Shown piece by piece: positions 27,626 through 37,189 of a stretch of DNA of 60,567 nt. The position numbers and the translations under genes were made by a program. The first letter of the stretch is position 1. Each line of letters begins with the position of its first letter. Source of the DNA: Flavobacteriales bacterium (GTDB taxonomy: Bacteria > Bacteroidota > Bacteroidia > Flavobacteriales_D > Crocinitomicaceae). Location: positions 1-60,567 of the forward strand of contig CANGHX010000001.1 in the NCBI GenBank assembly GCA_947453715.1, written 5' to 3'. The notes under the pieces were generated by a model, which was given only the letters and a program-made list of their open reading frames with translations, made no database searches and was not told the origin of the DNA.

Positions 27626-27778
27626 TTAGTTTTTATCAAACCACTCTTTAACTTTGTCGTTATGTACAATTTCTTCTTTAAATGAGTAAGAACCTTTATC
27701 AGTTTTTACCATTTTGATTACTTTTGAATGCTCTTTACCGCCACCTTTTTGTAACGAAGCTACTACTTTCTTTGCCAT
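27626..27778 (-). CDS. DUF4295-family small protein (50 aa), absent from the ORF track
   Basis: My translation is MAKKVVASLQKGGGKEHSKVIKMVKTDKGSYSFKEEIVHNDKVKEWFDKN. It sits directly downstream of rpmB-rpmG, the conserved position of this small gene in Bacteroidota. Confidence 0.75.
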   Translation of the reverse strand: MAKKVVASLQKGGGKEHSKVIKMVKTDKGSYSFKEEIVHNDKVKEWFDKN

Positions 27779-27784
27779 GTCCTA

Positions 27785-27973
27785 CTATTTAATTTCTTTA
27801 TGAACAGTGTACTTTCTCAAAATAGGATTGAATTTTTTAATCTCCATTCTCTCAGGAGTATTCTTTCTATTTTTTGTTGTAATGTAACGAGAAGTTCCAG
27901 GTTGACCTGAATCTTTATGTTCTGTACATTCAAGAATTACTTGAATTCTATTTCCTTTACTTTTCTTAGCCAT
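27785..27973 (-). CDS. rpmG: 50S ribosomal protein L33
   Basis: [20 protein letters not shown]...[21 protein letters not shown]; 62 aa. Confidence 0.95.
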   Translation of the reverse strand: MAKKSKGNRIQVILECTEHKDSGQPGTSRYITTKNRKNTPERMEIKKFNPILRKYTVHKEIK

Positions 27974-28018
27974 CTTATAACTTTTTTATTCTACCATTTC
28001 ACAACGGACAAACTAGGA

Positions 28019-28255
28019 TTATTTTAAATAACCTTTCTCACGAGCCTCTTTAAGGCAAGCAGAAATCCCTTTTTTGTTAATTGTTCTTAACGCAGAAGTT
28101 GATATTTTCAAAGTGATAAATTCTTCATTCTCTGGGATGAAAAATTTCTTTGTGATTAAATTTGGGAAAAACTTTCTCTTAGTTTTGCGGTTTGAGTGAG
28201 AAACATTATTCCCAACCATTACCGACTTACCCGTTAATTGACAAACTCTTGACAT
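28019..28255 (-). CDS. rpmB: 50S ribosomal protein L28
   Basis: [33 protein letters not shown]; 78 aa. Confidence 0.95.
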   Translation of the reverse strand: MSRVCQLTGKSVMVGNNVSHSNRKTKRKFFPNLITKKFFIPENEEFITLKISTSALRTINKKGISACLKEAREKGYLK

Positions 28256-28329
28256 TTCTTAATTATTATATCCTAATTCTTAAAGCGAGTGCAAAGAAAG
28301 TTATTTTTTCCCGAATACACAAACATTTT

Positions 28330-29583
28330 TTATTTTTTTTCAATACTTATTTCTAATAATTTGCATCTCAATAAGTTCAATGCAGAAAAAACAGTCATTT
28401 GCATGTTCCTTTCTCTATTATCTCCAAATTGAAAACGATATGAAAACACCTGACCTTTAATTGCAATTCCGATCCAAATCAAACCTACTGGCTTTTCTGC
28501 AGTTCCGCCATCTGGTCCAGCAACACCTGATGTTGAAAGACATACATCAACTCCTAGTTTTTGAGCGCCATTCATTGCCATTTGTTCTACAACCTCTTTA
28601 CTTACAGCTCCAAACTCTTTTAAAGATGAAATCGTAACACCTACAATCTTTTCTTTTAATTCATTACTATACGACAATATACTTCCTTTAAAATACTCCG
28701 ACGAACCTGGAGTCAATACAATTTCATGTGCTAACGATCCTGCAGTACAACTTTCCACTGTCCCGATTGATAATTGTTTTTCCTTCAATATTTCTCCTAA
28801 AACAAAACTCAACGTTTCTTTTTCTTTACCAAAAACATATTGAGGCAATTCATTTCTAAGTTGATTAAAATAATATGAAATTCTATCTTTATCTTTCTCT
28901 CCATTTTTAGAAGTAATTCGGAGTTTTAACAATCCTATTGAAGGTAAATACGCTAACCCCAAACCTTCATTTCGGATTTCATTCTCCCAATCTTTCATTC
29001 GCTCAGCTAAAAACGACTCTCCGATCCCTTGAAGCAAAACAGTCTCGTGATAAATCGAATTCACATTGAAATGTTTTTTAAGTGCATCAAAACCAAATTG
29101 ACTCATGATTCCTTTCATCTCATAAGGAACACCTGGCAAACTAATCAAAACAGAATTATTTTTCTCAAACCACATTCCTGATGCCGTACCTTGAAGATTC
29201 TCTAACACTTTACAAGCTTTTGGTAATGCCGCTTGTTGAATATTAACATCCAACATAACACGCCCTCTATCTGTAAAAAACTTTTCAACTCGAGCTAATA
29301 CAGTTGGATTGATTTCCAAATCGGTATCAAAATAATCACACAAGACATGTTTTGTAATATCATCTTTTGTTGGACCAAGTCCTCCAGTAACAATCACAAT
29401 ATCACTATTTGATAATGCTTCATCAATAGCCTGTTTAATTGCAAACTCATTATCCATGATTGTAACTGCTCTTGAAACTGAAATACCCAAAAGAGACAAT
29501 TCCATTCCAAGCCAAGCAACATTTGTATTAATTGTTTGACCAATCAATAATTCATCTCCAATAGAAATTAATTCTGCCCTCAT
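28330..29583 (-). CDS. cinA: CinA-family protein (MoCF-like domain plus nicotinamide-nucleotide amidohydrolase PncC domain)
   Basis: MRAELISIGDELLIGQTINTN start, TGGLGPTKDD, and a C-terminal ESCTAGSLA..TSGVAGPDGG domain; 417 aa. Confidence 0.9.
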   Translation of the reverse strand: MRAELISIGDELLIGQTINTNVAWLGMELSLLGISVSRAVTIMDNEFAIKQAIDEALSNSDIVIVTGGLGPTKDDITKHVLCDYFDTDLEINPTVLARVEKFFTDRGRVMLDVNIQQAALPKACKVLENLQGTASGMWFEKNNSVLISLPGVPYEMKGIMSQFGFDALKKHFNVNSIYHETVLLQGIGESFLAERMKDWENEIRNEGLGLAYLPSIGLLKLRITSKNGEKDKDRISYYFNQLRNELPQYVFGKEKETLSFVLGEILKEKQLSIGTVESCTAGSLAHEIVLTPGSSEYFKGSILSYSNELKEKIVGVTISSLKEFGAVSKEVVEQMAMNGAQKLGVDVCLSTSGVAGPDGGTAEKPVGLIWIGIAIKGQVFSYRFQFGDNRERNMQMTVFSALNLLRCKLLEISIEKK

Positions 29584-29588
29584 AATTT

Positions 29589-30494
29589 TTATTTGAATAA
29601 TTTATCTTTCAAATTTTTCCATTTATATTTCTTTGCAAAAATCAAAAGTAATATTGGCTGAAACACAACTAGCGTTAATATATTTTCTATCCCAAATGAA
29701 GGAGGCGTTCTATCTATAAAAAGTGCATCTGTATGAAACGCTTGCCAATCATTCGTCAAAATCAATGCAGCAAAAATATTATTCACAGCATGGTAACCTA
29801 AAGACAATTCTAAACCTTCATCAAACAATGCTAAAAGACCAAGAAAAATACCACTTTCAATGTAATATATCAAAAGAAATTTCCCGATTTTTTCTACTTC
29901 AGGATTTGCTCCATGAAGCATTCCAAAAAGAATTCCTGTAAATAGCACTACAACCCAACCTTTTTTAAAAATCAAATAAGTTCCTTGAAATAAATAACCT
30001 CTAAAAAAAATCTCTTCAAAAAATGTCTGTATTGGTAAAAGCGTTAAAGAAATCAGGAATAAAATAAGGAATTTTATCAAATCAAATTCAAATTCTATTT
30101 TTGAACCAGACATCTTCATGATCAATAAAAAAAGTGCACTTACTATTCCCCAAAGACTAAAACTCAAGAAAAAACGTTTAAAATCAAATTTGACTCTTGA
30201 AGTTATTAGTGATAAAAAAGGCCTTTTGTGGATATACTTTGTTCCTACAGCAATTGCAAAAACACCGACTAAAAATGGAAATAATAAGCTTGTGAAAAAG
30301 GTATTTAAGCCAACATTACTTATTAATTGATCATTAGAAACCAACAATTCAGAGGAACCATTTTGGGTGTAAAATATAATTAAAAAATAAGGTAATTGAC
30401 CGATTGTAATAAATCCAGATATTATAATTAGAATCGTGAATAGATATTGGGTTATCTTATTTTCACCTAAAGTCCCTTGTTCAATAAATTTCAT
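29589..30494 (-). CDS. CPBP-family intramembrane glutamic endopeptidase (CAAX protease-like)
   Basis: Polytopic membrane protein with EEIFFRGYL, FGMLHG and HAVNN motifs. Confidence 0.8.
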   Translation of the reverse strand: MKFIEQGTLGENKITQYLFTILIIISGFITIGQLPYFLIIFYTQNGSSELLVSNDQLISNVGLNTFFTSLLFPFLVGVFAIAVGTKYIHKRPFLSLITSRVKFDFKRFFLSFSLWGIVSALFLLIMKMSGSKIEFEFDLIKFLILFLISLTLLPIQTFFEEIFFRGYLFQGTYLIFKKGWVVVLFTGILFGMLHGANPEVEKIGKFLLIYYIESGIFLGLLALFDEGLELSLGYHAVNNIFAALILTNDWQAFHTDALFIDRTPPSFGIENILTLVVFQPILLLIFAKKYKWKNLKDKLFK

Positions 30495-30517
30495 TTGTGT
30501 TTTTTATTCAATTATAC

Positions 30518-30548
30518 GAAAAAAGGCTTTGTTTTGAACAAAGCCTTT
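30518..30548 (-). terminator. terminator after dnaJ
   Basis: AAAGGCTTTGTT / AACAAAGCCTTT is a 12-bp stem. The plus-strand A run gives a T run on the minus strand. Confidence 0.75.
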
Positions 30549-30554
30549 CATTTT

Positions 30555-31670
30555 TTATTGAAACATATCTTTTACCCTTTGGAAAAATCCTTTTTCATTT
30601 CCATCTGGATTTGGCTTGAAATTTTCACTATCTCTAAATTTCTCAAGTAACTCTCGTTCTTCTTTTGAAACTTTTTTAGGAGTCCACACATTAATATGAA
30701 CAAATAAATCACCATGTCCATGTCGTTGAAGAACCGGTAAACCTTTACCTTTTAAACGTAACATCTTTCCGCTTTGAGTTCCTGGTTCAACCTTAATTTT
30801 AGCCTTACCGCCAACCGTAGGGATCTCAATTGATTCACCTAAAACAGCATCTACAAAGTTGATGAATGCTTCATAATGAAGATTCTCTCCTTCTCTCCTT
30901 AACTCTTCATGTGGTAACTCTTCAATCACAACAATTAAATCGCCAGGTATACCGTTGAAAGGGCCAGCGTTTCCTTTTCCTGAAACACTTAATTGCATTC
31001 CTTCTTCTACACCTGCAGGAATTTGAACTTCGATCACATCTTCTTGACGTTTCAAACCTTGTGCATCCGCATCAGAAGGTCTCTGATCAATCATTTTACC
31101 AGCACCTTGACAAGTATGACAAGTTGACTGAGTTTGCATTGCACCTAAAAACGTTTGAGCAACTCTTGTGATTCGCCCAGAACCATTACAAGTTGAACAA
31201 TTTTTATAAGTTACTCCGTCAGCATTTACTAACTTATTAACCTTGATTTTCTTTGTAACACCTTCTGCAATTTCTTCAAGAGTTAATTTCATTTTCACTC
31301 TTAAATTTGTTCCTCTGGCTGTTCTAGATCCACCACCACGGCTTCCACCAAAACTTCCGCCACCGAATGCTCCACCGAATACATCTCCAAACTGAGAGAA
31401 GATATCGTCCATATTCATTCCGCCACCGAAACCACCAGCTCCTCCAACTCCAGCATGACCAAAACGGTCATAATTGGAACGTTTTTCAGAATTGCTTAAT
31501 ATTTCATATGCCTCTGCTGCTTCTTTAAACTTATCTTCAGCCTCTTTATCACCAGGATTTTTATCTGGGTGATATTTAATCGCCATCTTACGATAAGCCT
31601 TTTTTATTTCAGCTTCATTAGCATTCTTCGAAACTCCTAAAATTTCGTAAAAATCTCTTTTATTGCTCAT
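30555..31670 (-). CDS. dnaJ: molecular chaperone DnaJ
   Basis: J domain ([14 protein letters not shown]), a G/F-rich linker and a zinc-finger region (CxxCxGxG-type repeats, e.g. CSTCNGSG and CHTCQGAG); 371 aa. Confidence 0.95.
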   Translation of the reverse strand: MSNKRDFYEILGVSKNANEAEIKKAYRKMAIKYHPDKNPGDKEAEDKFKEAAEAYEILSNSEKRSNYDRFGHAGVGGAGGFGGGMNMDDIFSQFGDVFGGAFGGGSFGGSRGGGSRTARGTNLRVKMKLTLEEIAEGVTKKIKVNKLVNADGVTYKNCSTCNGSGRITRVAQTFLGAMQTQSTCHTCQGAGKMIDQRPSDADAQGLKRQEDVIEVQIPAGVEEGMQLSVSGKGNAGPFNGIPGDLIVVIEELPHEELRREGENLHYEAFINFVDAVLGESIEIPTVGGKAKIKVEPGTQSGKMLRLKGKGLPVLQRHGHGDLFVHINVWTPKKVSKEERELLEKFRDSENFKPNPDGNEKGFFQRVKDMFQ

Positions 31671-31689
31671 TTTATTCTTTTTGAAACGA

Positions 31690-32241
31690 TTATTGTCCTA
31701 CAACAACTTTAGCAAATCGAATTACTTTTTCATTCAATAAATAACCTTTTTCAACGTCATCTATCACTTTTCCAATTTCTTTTTTAGAAGGTGCTGGTAC
31801 ATTTGCTATTGCTTCATGAAATTCAGAATCAAATGCTTGTCCTTTTGAAACCATTGGTTTCAATCCTTTCGTTTCTAAAATATTTTTGAATTTATTGTAA
31901 ATTAAGCCAAATCCTTCTTTAACTCCATTCAAATCTTCAGACTTTTCATTATTCAAGATTGCTCTTTCAAAATCATCCATGATTGGAAGCATGTCTTTCA
32001 AGACTGAAGATCCTGCATTCACGATTAAATCAGATTTCTCTTTATTTGTTCTTCTTCTGTAATTATCAAACTCCGCATATAATCTCATGAATTTATCATT
32101 CATCTCGTTATACTTATCCTCCCAAGTCAATTCGACTTTTTCTTCAGCAATTGTTTCTGAATTTGAATCCTCATTTAAATCTTGAATCTCTTCGTTCATT
32201 TGCACTTCTTGCTCTTTATTTAATTCTTTTTCCTCAGACAT
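31690..32241 (-). CDS. grpE: nucleotide exchange factor GrpE
   Basis: [10 protein letters not shown] and a typical GrpE C-terminal beta domain. It lies 19 nt upstream of dnaJ. Confidence 0.9.
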   Translation of the reverse strand: MSEEKELNKEQEVQMNEEIQDLNEDSNSETIAEEKVELTWEDKYNEMNDKFMRLYAEFDNYRRRTNKEKSDLIVNAGSSVLKDMLPIMDDFERAILNNEKSEDLNGVKEGFGLIYNKFKNILETKGLKPMVSKGQAFDSEFHEAIANVPAPSKKEIGKVIDDVEKGYLLNEKVIRFAKVVVGQ

Positions 32242-32267
32242 AATTTTTCATTTGATATTACCTCATT

Positions 32268-32283
32268 AGCAAAGATGCTGCCA
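32268..32283 (-). promoter_or_regulatory. candidate promoter of grpE-dnaJ: sigma-54-like TGGCAG-N5-TTGCT, overlapping a near-consensus -7 box (cATCTTTG)
   Basis: The minus strand reads TGGCAGCATCTTTGCT. The GG and GC dinucleotides have exactly the spacing of TGGCACG-N4-TTGCW, 26 nt upstream of the ATG. Confidence 0.35.
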
Positions 32284-32341
32284 TCTTAATAATTCAGACA
32301 AGTTGACAGAATTAAACTTTATCAAAGGTTAATTTGTCAGC

Positions 32342-32371
32342 AAAAAAAAAGGAAAACTTACGTTTTCCTTT
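32342..32371 (-). terminator. terminator of the OMP/SPOR gene
   Basis: AAAGGAAAAC / GTTTTCCTTT is a 10-bp stem. The plus-strand A9 run gives a T run on the minus strand. Confidence 0.8.
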
Positions 32372-32390
32372 TTAAAATTATTTTATTCTT

Positions 32391-33611
32391 TTATTTTTTT
32401 ATTGATGGACTTAGTATTGAATTTCCATTCTTTCTCAACAATTGTCTTGCTTTGTAAATTGGAATTCTTACGCCATTGTAATAAGCTGTTGGAAATGCAT
32501 CACTAAATCCTAAAGCTCTAACTTGGTTTAATAATTTAAACATTTCTTTCTCAGTAGCTAAGACACCTGTACAATATCTTGTTTTACCATCTGGTGCTTT
32601 AATTTGATAAACATCTTTCAACTTTTTGTGACTTTCCACTTTAACAACATGGTTGTAAGCCCCAACTTGAACAGTAAAGAACAAACCATCCACTTCTTTG
32701 ATAGATTGAACTTCAGTTGAATTATCTCCTAATTTTGTAACATCAACAGGATTGCCTTTAATTACTTTTGTAGAATCGTCATTATTAACAACTTCTTCTA
32801 TAACTTTTCTTCCTTTTGTGTCCACTTTTGATCCTTCTGGCGTATTAGCTTCTTCATCATATAAGTTCAATACTCCATCTTTATCATCATCTTTTACACC
32901 ATCTTCAATAACTTTTACTTGGTCCTCAATTGGTTTCAAATCAACAACGGTATCTTTTATTTCTTCATGGAAAACCCAATCATAATGACGTTCTGCTGGT
33001 CCAATTTTATAAGAAATACCAACCGTTAAATTTGCCAAACTTCCTCTTCTTGAATTAGCAGGATTTAACGTGTGATAATCGAATGTATAATGTTGCTTAA
33101 AATTTTGAATCATCGAAATATCAATATTCAATGCAATTTTTTCATTCACTTTATATTGAGGTGTTAGACCAAAAATCAAATGAACCATTTCATCTGTTTG
33201 CTTTATTAACTGATGATTTTTTGCTAATAAAGAAGAAACACCAAAACCACCATGAGCTAATAAACCAAACTTTTGAGTAAACGTATTGAATTGTAAAATC
33301 GTAGCTAAATTTGCAACACCTTGAAATGATGCTCGAACATAATGTGTATTAAACTTTAAACTTTTCCCTGATTCAGATAAGTAATCATAGCCTAAATCTA
33401 TTTTAGCTCCAAATTTATTATTAAACATTTTTCTTGCGCCAATATTCAAATTAAAAGGATTGAAATATGAATTTGAATATCCAGGAGAGAAATGTAAAAT
33501 TGAATTATTTAAACCAATACCACCATCGATTGATAACTTGTTGATTGCATTATCTTGACCAAATAAAAAGGTTGATGAGATGAAAAAAGAAAATAATAAA
33601 ATTTTGTACAT
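32391..33611 (-). CDS. outer-membrane beta-barrel protein with a thrombospondin-type-3-like Ca-binding linker and a C-terminal SPOR-like domain
   Basis: Signal peptide and an N-terminal half with alternating beta-barrel-like sequence. It has a DDDKDGVLNLYDEE Asp-rich motif and a C-terminal FFTVQVGAY...LGF.DAF block resembling a SPOR domain. Confidence 0.55.
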   Translation of the reverse strand: MYKILLFSFFISSTFLFGQDNAINKLSIDGGIGLNNSILHFSPGYSNSYFNPFNLNIGARKMFNNKFGAKIDLGYDYLSESGKSLKFNTHYVRASFQGVANLATILQFNTFTQKFGLLAHGGFGVSSLLAKNHQLIKQTDEMVHLIFGLTPQYKVNEKIALNIDISMIQNFKQHYTFDYHTLNPANSRRGSLANLTVGISYKIGPAERHYDWVFHEEIKDTVVDLKPIEDQVKVIEDGVKDDDKDGVLNLYDEEANTPEGSKVDTKGRKVIEEVVNNDDSTKVIKGNPVDVTKLGDNSTEVQSIKEVDGLFFTVQVGAYNHVVKVESHKKLKDVYQIKAPDGKTRYCTGVLATEKEMFKLLNQVRALGFSDAFPTAYYNGVRIPIYKARQLLRKNGNSILSPSIKK

Positions 33612-33769
33612 AACTTATTTAATAAAATGAATAATGAGCAATCGTTAGTCTGTAGTTCTAGTTTCGGCTCAAAATTAATAAAAAAAACAGTTTACTATAC
33701 TTGATTTCTGTATTATTTTGCGAGATTAAATAAAGGATTTTACTTAGTTTAGGATATTTATGACAAAAA

Positions 33770-34144
33770 CTACTTTTTAGGCTCTACAAAAACTTTGAAT
33801 CGAAGTTTCGCAATTTTCTTTTTTGTATTTACCATTAAATATACTGTTCGATCTTGCTGAAGGTATTTTCCTTTCGTATCGAAAATGATTTTCACAGTAC
33901 CTTTTTGTCCTGGTAATACTGGTTCTTTAGAATAAATGACTTGGGTACACTTGCAACCAACAGAATAATCCGATATAATCAATGGTGATTTTCCTGTATT
34001 CTCAAACTCAAAAGTATGCTCAATTATTTCTCCTTCCTGCGTAGCTGGAAACTTTTTTAGTGGTTCTTTAATACTAAAAACCGCCTCTTGACTAAAGCAA
34101 AAGACGGTATTTAAGAATAAAAATATGAAAAGTGAGAGTTTCAT
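33770..34144 (-). CDS. DUF1573-family secreted protein
   Basis: Signal peptide; FEFENTGKSPLIIS and the GCKCT (CxC) motif; 124 aa. Confidence 0.7.
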   Translation of the reverse strand: MKLSLFIFLFLNTVFCFSQEAVFSIKEPLKKFPATQEGEIIEHTFEFENTGKSPLIISDYSVGCKCTQVIYSKEPVLPGQKGTVKIIFDTKGKYLQQDRTVYLMVNTKKKIAKLRFKVFVEPKK

Positions 34145-34155
34145 ATTTAATATGT

Positions 34156-34596
34156 TTAATTTGAAGCTGGACCAGCATTATTTACCGGAGTTCCATCTTC
34201 AGGTGCAGGAAGTACATTTCCTTTAATTCTAATAATTTTACTAGGCTCGTTTACTGCATTTGAAGTAATTGTAACCATTTTATTGATTGCTCCTGGACGT
34301 TTAGTGTCGTATTTTACTGTAATCACTCCTTTTGCTCCTGGAGCAATTGGTTCTTTTGGCCAAACTGGAACTGTACATCCACAAGATCCTTTTGCATTTG
34401 AAATGATTAATGGTTCATTACCTGTATTTTTAAATTCAAATGTACATGTTCCATCAGCACCATATTTTACTGTTCCGTAATCATGTGTTTCTTTTGCGAA
34501 ATCAATTTTTGCACCATTATCTAATTGAGCAACTGCATTGTTAGTGAAGGCTGTAAAACCCAAAACCACTAATAAAGAAAAGAATAATTTTTTCAT
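34156..34596 (-). CDS. DUF1573-family secreted protein (paralog)
   Basis: The likely start is at 34596 (MKKLFFSLLVVLGF). It has FEFKNTGNEPLIIS and the SCGCT (CxC) motif. Confidence 0.7.
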   Translation of the reverse strand: MKKLFFSLLVVLGFTAFTNNAVAQLDNGAKIDFAKETHDYGTVKYGADGTCTFEFKNTGNEPLIISNAKGSCGCTVPVWPKEPIAPGAKGVITVKYDTKRPGAINKMVTITSNAVNEPSKIIRIKGNVLPAPEDGTPVNNAGPASN

Positions 34597-34687
34597 ATTG
34601 AATTTGTTTTTTTGTTTTATAATTTGGTATTTCAAAAATAGTAAGAGTTTTTAAAATACTTTGTTTCTTTAACACATATTTAACAGC

Positions 34688-35245
34688 TTATTTTCCCGTT
34701 AAATTGTTTCCTTGATAATCAATAAACTCTTCAAAAGTCATGCCTAAATTCTGAAGACGTAATTCAATCCCTTTTCGTTTCTCTTTATCCATCGAAGGAT
34801 TTTCAGTTAAAAGCATTGAAAAATAATATTTAACTTTATTAGTATCTCTTGGATTCACAAACATATCGTAATTTGCTGCTTGACTTTCTAAAATCAATGC
34901 TCTGTTTTCATATTTAGGGAATTTTTGAATCAATGTATCTGCGTACGCCATAGACCATTGAATTTTCCCTTCACCTGAATAGAACATTTGAATTTTATCT
35001 AAACATTTTGCCGTAGATTTATCTTTAGGGAATAATTTGTAAAAGTTCAATAAAGAACCGATTAAACTATCTTTCAAATAAGTGGGTGCATTTTTTTGTT
35101 GCTTTTGAAAACTCACTATTGAATCTTCATATGCAACTATTTTATCTTTATAATCCTGTATCGTTAACTCTGACTTTTCTTTTGAAGACTCGCTACATGA
35201 AGCTAATACTGAACAAATAGAAATTACTAAAAATATATTCTTCAT
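34688..35245 (-). CDS. hypothetical lipoprotein
   Basis: Lipobox LASC after the signal peptide and helical-repeat-like composition. I recognise no family. Confidence 0.5.
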   Translation of the reverse strand: MKNIFLVISICSVLASCSESSKEKSELTIQDYKDKIVAYEDSIVSFQKQQKNAPTYLKDSLIGSLLNFYKLFPKDKSTAKCLDKIQMFYSGEGKIQWSMAYADTLIQKFPKYENRALILESQAANYDMFVNPRDTNKVKYYFSMLLTENPSMDKEKRKGIELRLQNLGMTFEEFIDYQGNNLTGK

Positions 35246-35839
35246 TTATCTTCCTTTTTTAGCTGCCGGAAATTTCATTCTATAATCAACTGAAACTTCA
35301 CCTTTAGAAATATTCTGTAATTTTTTAGAAATCAACTTTTTCTTGATTGCTGATAAATGATCAGTGAATAAAACTCCTTCAATATGATCATATTCATGCT
35401 GAATTATTCGAGCAGCGTATCCGTCAAAAATTTCATCTTTGAAATTCCAATTTTCATCATAATAAGTAATTCGAACTTTTTCTTTTCGATATACTTCTTC
35501 TCTTACTTTTGGAATAGATAAACATCCTTCTTTAAAACACCATTCCTCACCAAACTCTTCTTCTATTATTGGGTTAATGAAAACTTGCTTAAAATCTTCA
35601 ATCCCAACAGCTCTTGGATCTTCTTCTTCATCTTCTTCTTCAGCAAACGGACTTCCGTCTACGACAAATAATCGAATCGATCTACCGATTTGAGGCGCCG
35701 CCAATCCAACACCTGCTGCTTCGTACATCGTTTCAAACATATCCGCTATTAATTTCTGTAAATCTGGATAGTCTTTTGTAATTTCCTCAGCTTCTTTTTT
35801 TAAAACTGGATCTCCGTATGCTACAACTGGTAATATCAT
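35246..35839 (-). CDS. def: peptide deformylase
   Basis: GVGLAAPQIG, EGCLSIP and HEYDH motifs; 197 aa. Confidence 0.95.
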   Translation of the reverse strand: MILPVVAYGDPVLKKEAEEITKDYPDLQKLIADMFETMYEAAGVGLAAPQIGRSIRLFVVDGSPFAEEEDEEEDPRAVGIEDFKQVFINPIIEEEFGEEWCFKEGCLSIPKVREEVYRKEKVRITYYDENWNFKDEIFDGYAARIIQHEYDHIEGVLFTDHLSAIKKKLISKKLQNISKGEVSVDYRMKFPAAKKGR

Positions 35840-35883
35840 TTTCTTCTTATTCTAAAATCGATTTTATTCGACAAAGTTAATAT

Positions 35884-36303
35884 TTAATATTTTTTATTTG
35901 ATTCCATAAACGATTGTAAAATAATCGTTGCACTAATTTCATCAATCAAACCTTTATTCTGACGTTGCTTTTTAGAAAGTCCACTATCAATCATTGTTTG
36001 AAAAGCCATTTTTGAAGTAAAACGCTCATCTAGTAAATGAATTTGAATAGTCGTAAATTGCTTTTCCAAAGCTTCTTTCAACAAAAGAACATTCTCCGTA
36101 ATATGTGTTGGTTCATTATTCAATCTCTTTGGTAAACCAACTACAATAGCTTCTATTTTATCCTTAACGACCAATTCTTTCAAAAAAATCATCAAATCTT
36201 TTGAATCAACGGTTATTAATCCACTTGCAATTATTTGATTCTCATCTGTAATTGCAATACCAGTTCTTTTTAAACCAAAATCTATTGCTACTAATTTCCC
36301 CAT
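35884..36303 (-). CDS. ruvX: Holliday junction resolvase-like RuvX (YqgF)
   Basis: MGKLVAIDFGLKRTGIA start. The track ORF begins at a TTG at 36312; the ATG at 36303 is preferred. Confidence 0.85.
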   Translation of the reverse strand: MGKLVAIDFGLKRTGIAITDENQIIASGLITVDSKDLMIFLKELVVKDKIEAIVVGLPKRLNNEPTHITENVLLLKEALEKQFTTIQIHLLDERFTSKMAFQTMIDSGLSKKQRQNKGLIDEISATIILQSFMESNKKY

Positions 36304-36309
36304 TAGTGA

Positions 36310-36317
36310 CAAAGATA
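36310..36317 (-). promoter_or_regulatory. -7 box TATCTTTG upstream of ruvX
   Basis: Exact TAnnTTTG match on the minus strand, only 6 nt from the ATG at 36303. Confidence 0.4.
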
Positions 36318-36367
36318 AAAGATGATTTCCAATTTATAACTATCTTTATCCTAGTAAAAATTCAAAC

Positions 36368-37177
36368 ATGAGATCAATTATTGAAGCAGCATGGGAAAAC
36401 CGTGCATTATTACAAGAAAAAGAAACGATTGAAACAATCAATAAAGTAATTGAAGACCTTGATAAAGGAATATTAAGAGTTGCTGAACCTACAAATGATG
36501 GTGAATGGCAAGTAAACGAATGGGTAAAGAAAGCTGTTGTAATGTATTTCCCAATTCGAAAAATGGAGACGATTGAAGTTGGTCCTTTCGAATTTCATGA
36601 TAAAATGGCGCTTAAAACAAATTACGAAGAATTAGGTGTTCGTGTTGTTCCTCCTGCTGTTGCTCGTTATGGCGCTTATATTTCTAAAGGTGTTATTTTA
36701 ATGCCTTCGTATGTGAATATTGGAGCTTATGTTGATGAAGGCACAATGGTTGATACTTGGGCTACAGTTGGATCTTGTGCGCAAATCGGCAAGAATGTTC
36801 ACTTAAGTGGTGGTGTTGGAATTGGTGGAGTATTAGAACCTCTTCAAGCTGCTCCTGTAGTGATCGAAGATGGTGCTTTTATTGGCTCAAGATGTATTGT
36901 AGTTGAAGGTGTAAGAGTTGGTAAAGAAGCTGTTTTAGGCGCAAATGTTGTGTTAACAAAATCAACAAAAATTATTGACGTAACAAACAAAAAACCAATT
37001 GAACACATTGGATACGTTCCTGAAAGAAGTGTTGTTATTCCTGGTTCTTACACGAAAAAATTCCCAGCAGGTGAATATCAAGTTCCATGTGCAATCATTA
37101 TCGGACAAAGAAAAGCTTCTACAGATTTAAAAACATCTCTTAATGACGCATTGAGAGAACATAATGTTGCTGTTTAA
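36368..37177 (+). CDS. dapD: 2,3,4,5-tetrahydropyridine-2,6-dicarboxylate N-succinyltransferase
   Basis: Left-handed beta-helix hexapeptide repeats and an N-terminal IIEAAWENR motif; 269 aa. Confidence 0.85.
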   Translation: MRSIIEAAWENRALLQEKETIETINKVIEDLDKGILRVAEPTNDGEWQVNEWVKKAVVMYFPIRKMETIEVGPFEFHDKMALKTNYEELGVRVVPPAVARYGAYISKGVILMPSYVNIGAYVDEGTMVDTWATVGSCAQIGKNVHLSGGVGIGGVLEPLQAAPVVIEDGAFIGSRCIVVEGVRVGKEAVLGANVVLTKSTKIIDVTNKKPIEHIGYVPERSVVIPGSYTKKFPAGEYQVPCAIIIGQRKASTDLKTSLNDALREHNVAV

Positions 37178-37189
37178 AAATTAAAAGTT

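Noticed and set aside
33661-33670. GTTTCGGCTC 10-mer shared (as its reverse complement) with hairpin copy D, as a possible further repeat copy
   Set aside because: Only 10 nt match, and there is no closing stem and no remainder of the 12-nt core. A single 10-mer coincidence in 2 x 60 kb is not far from chance expectation.
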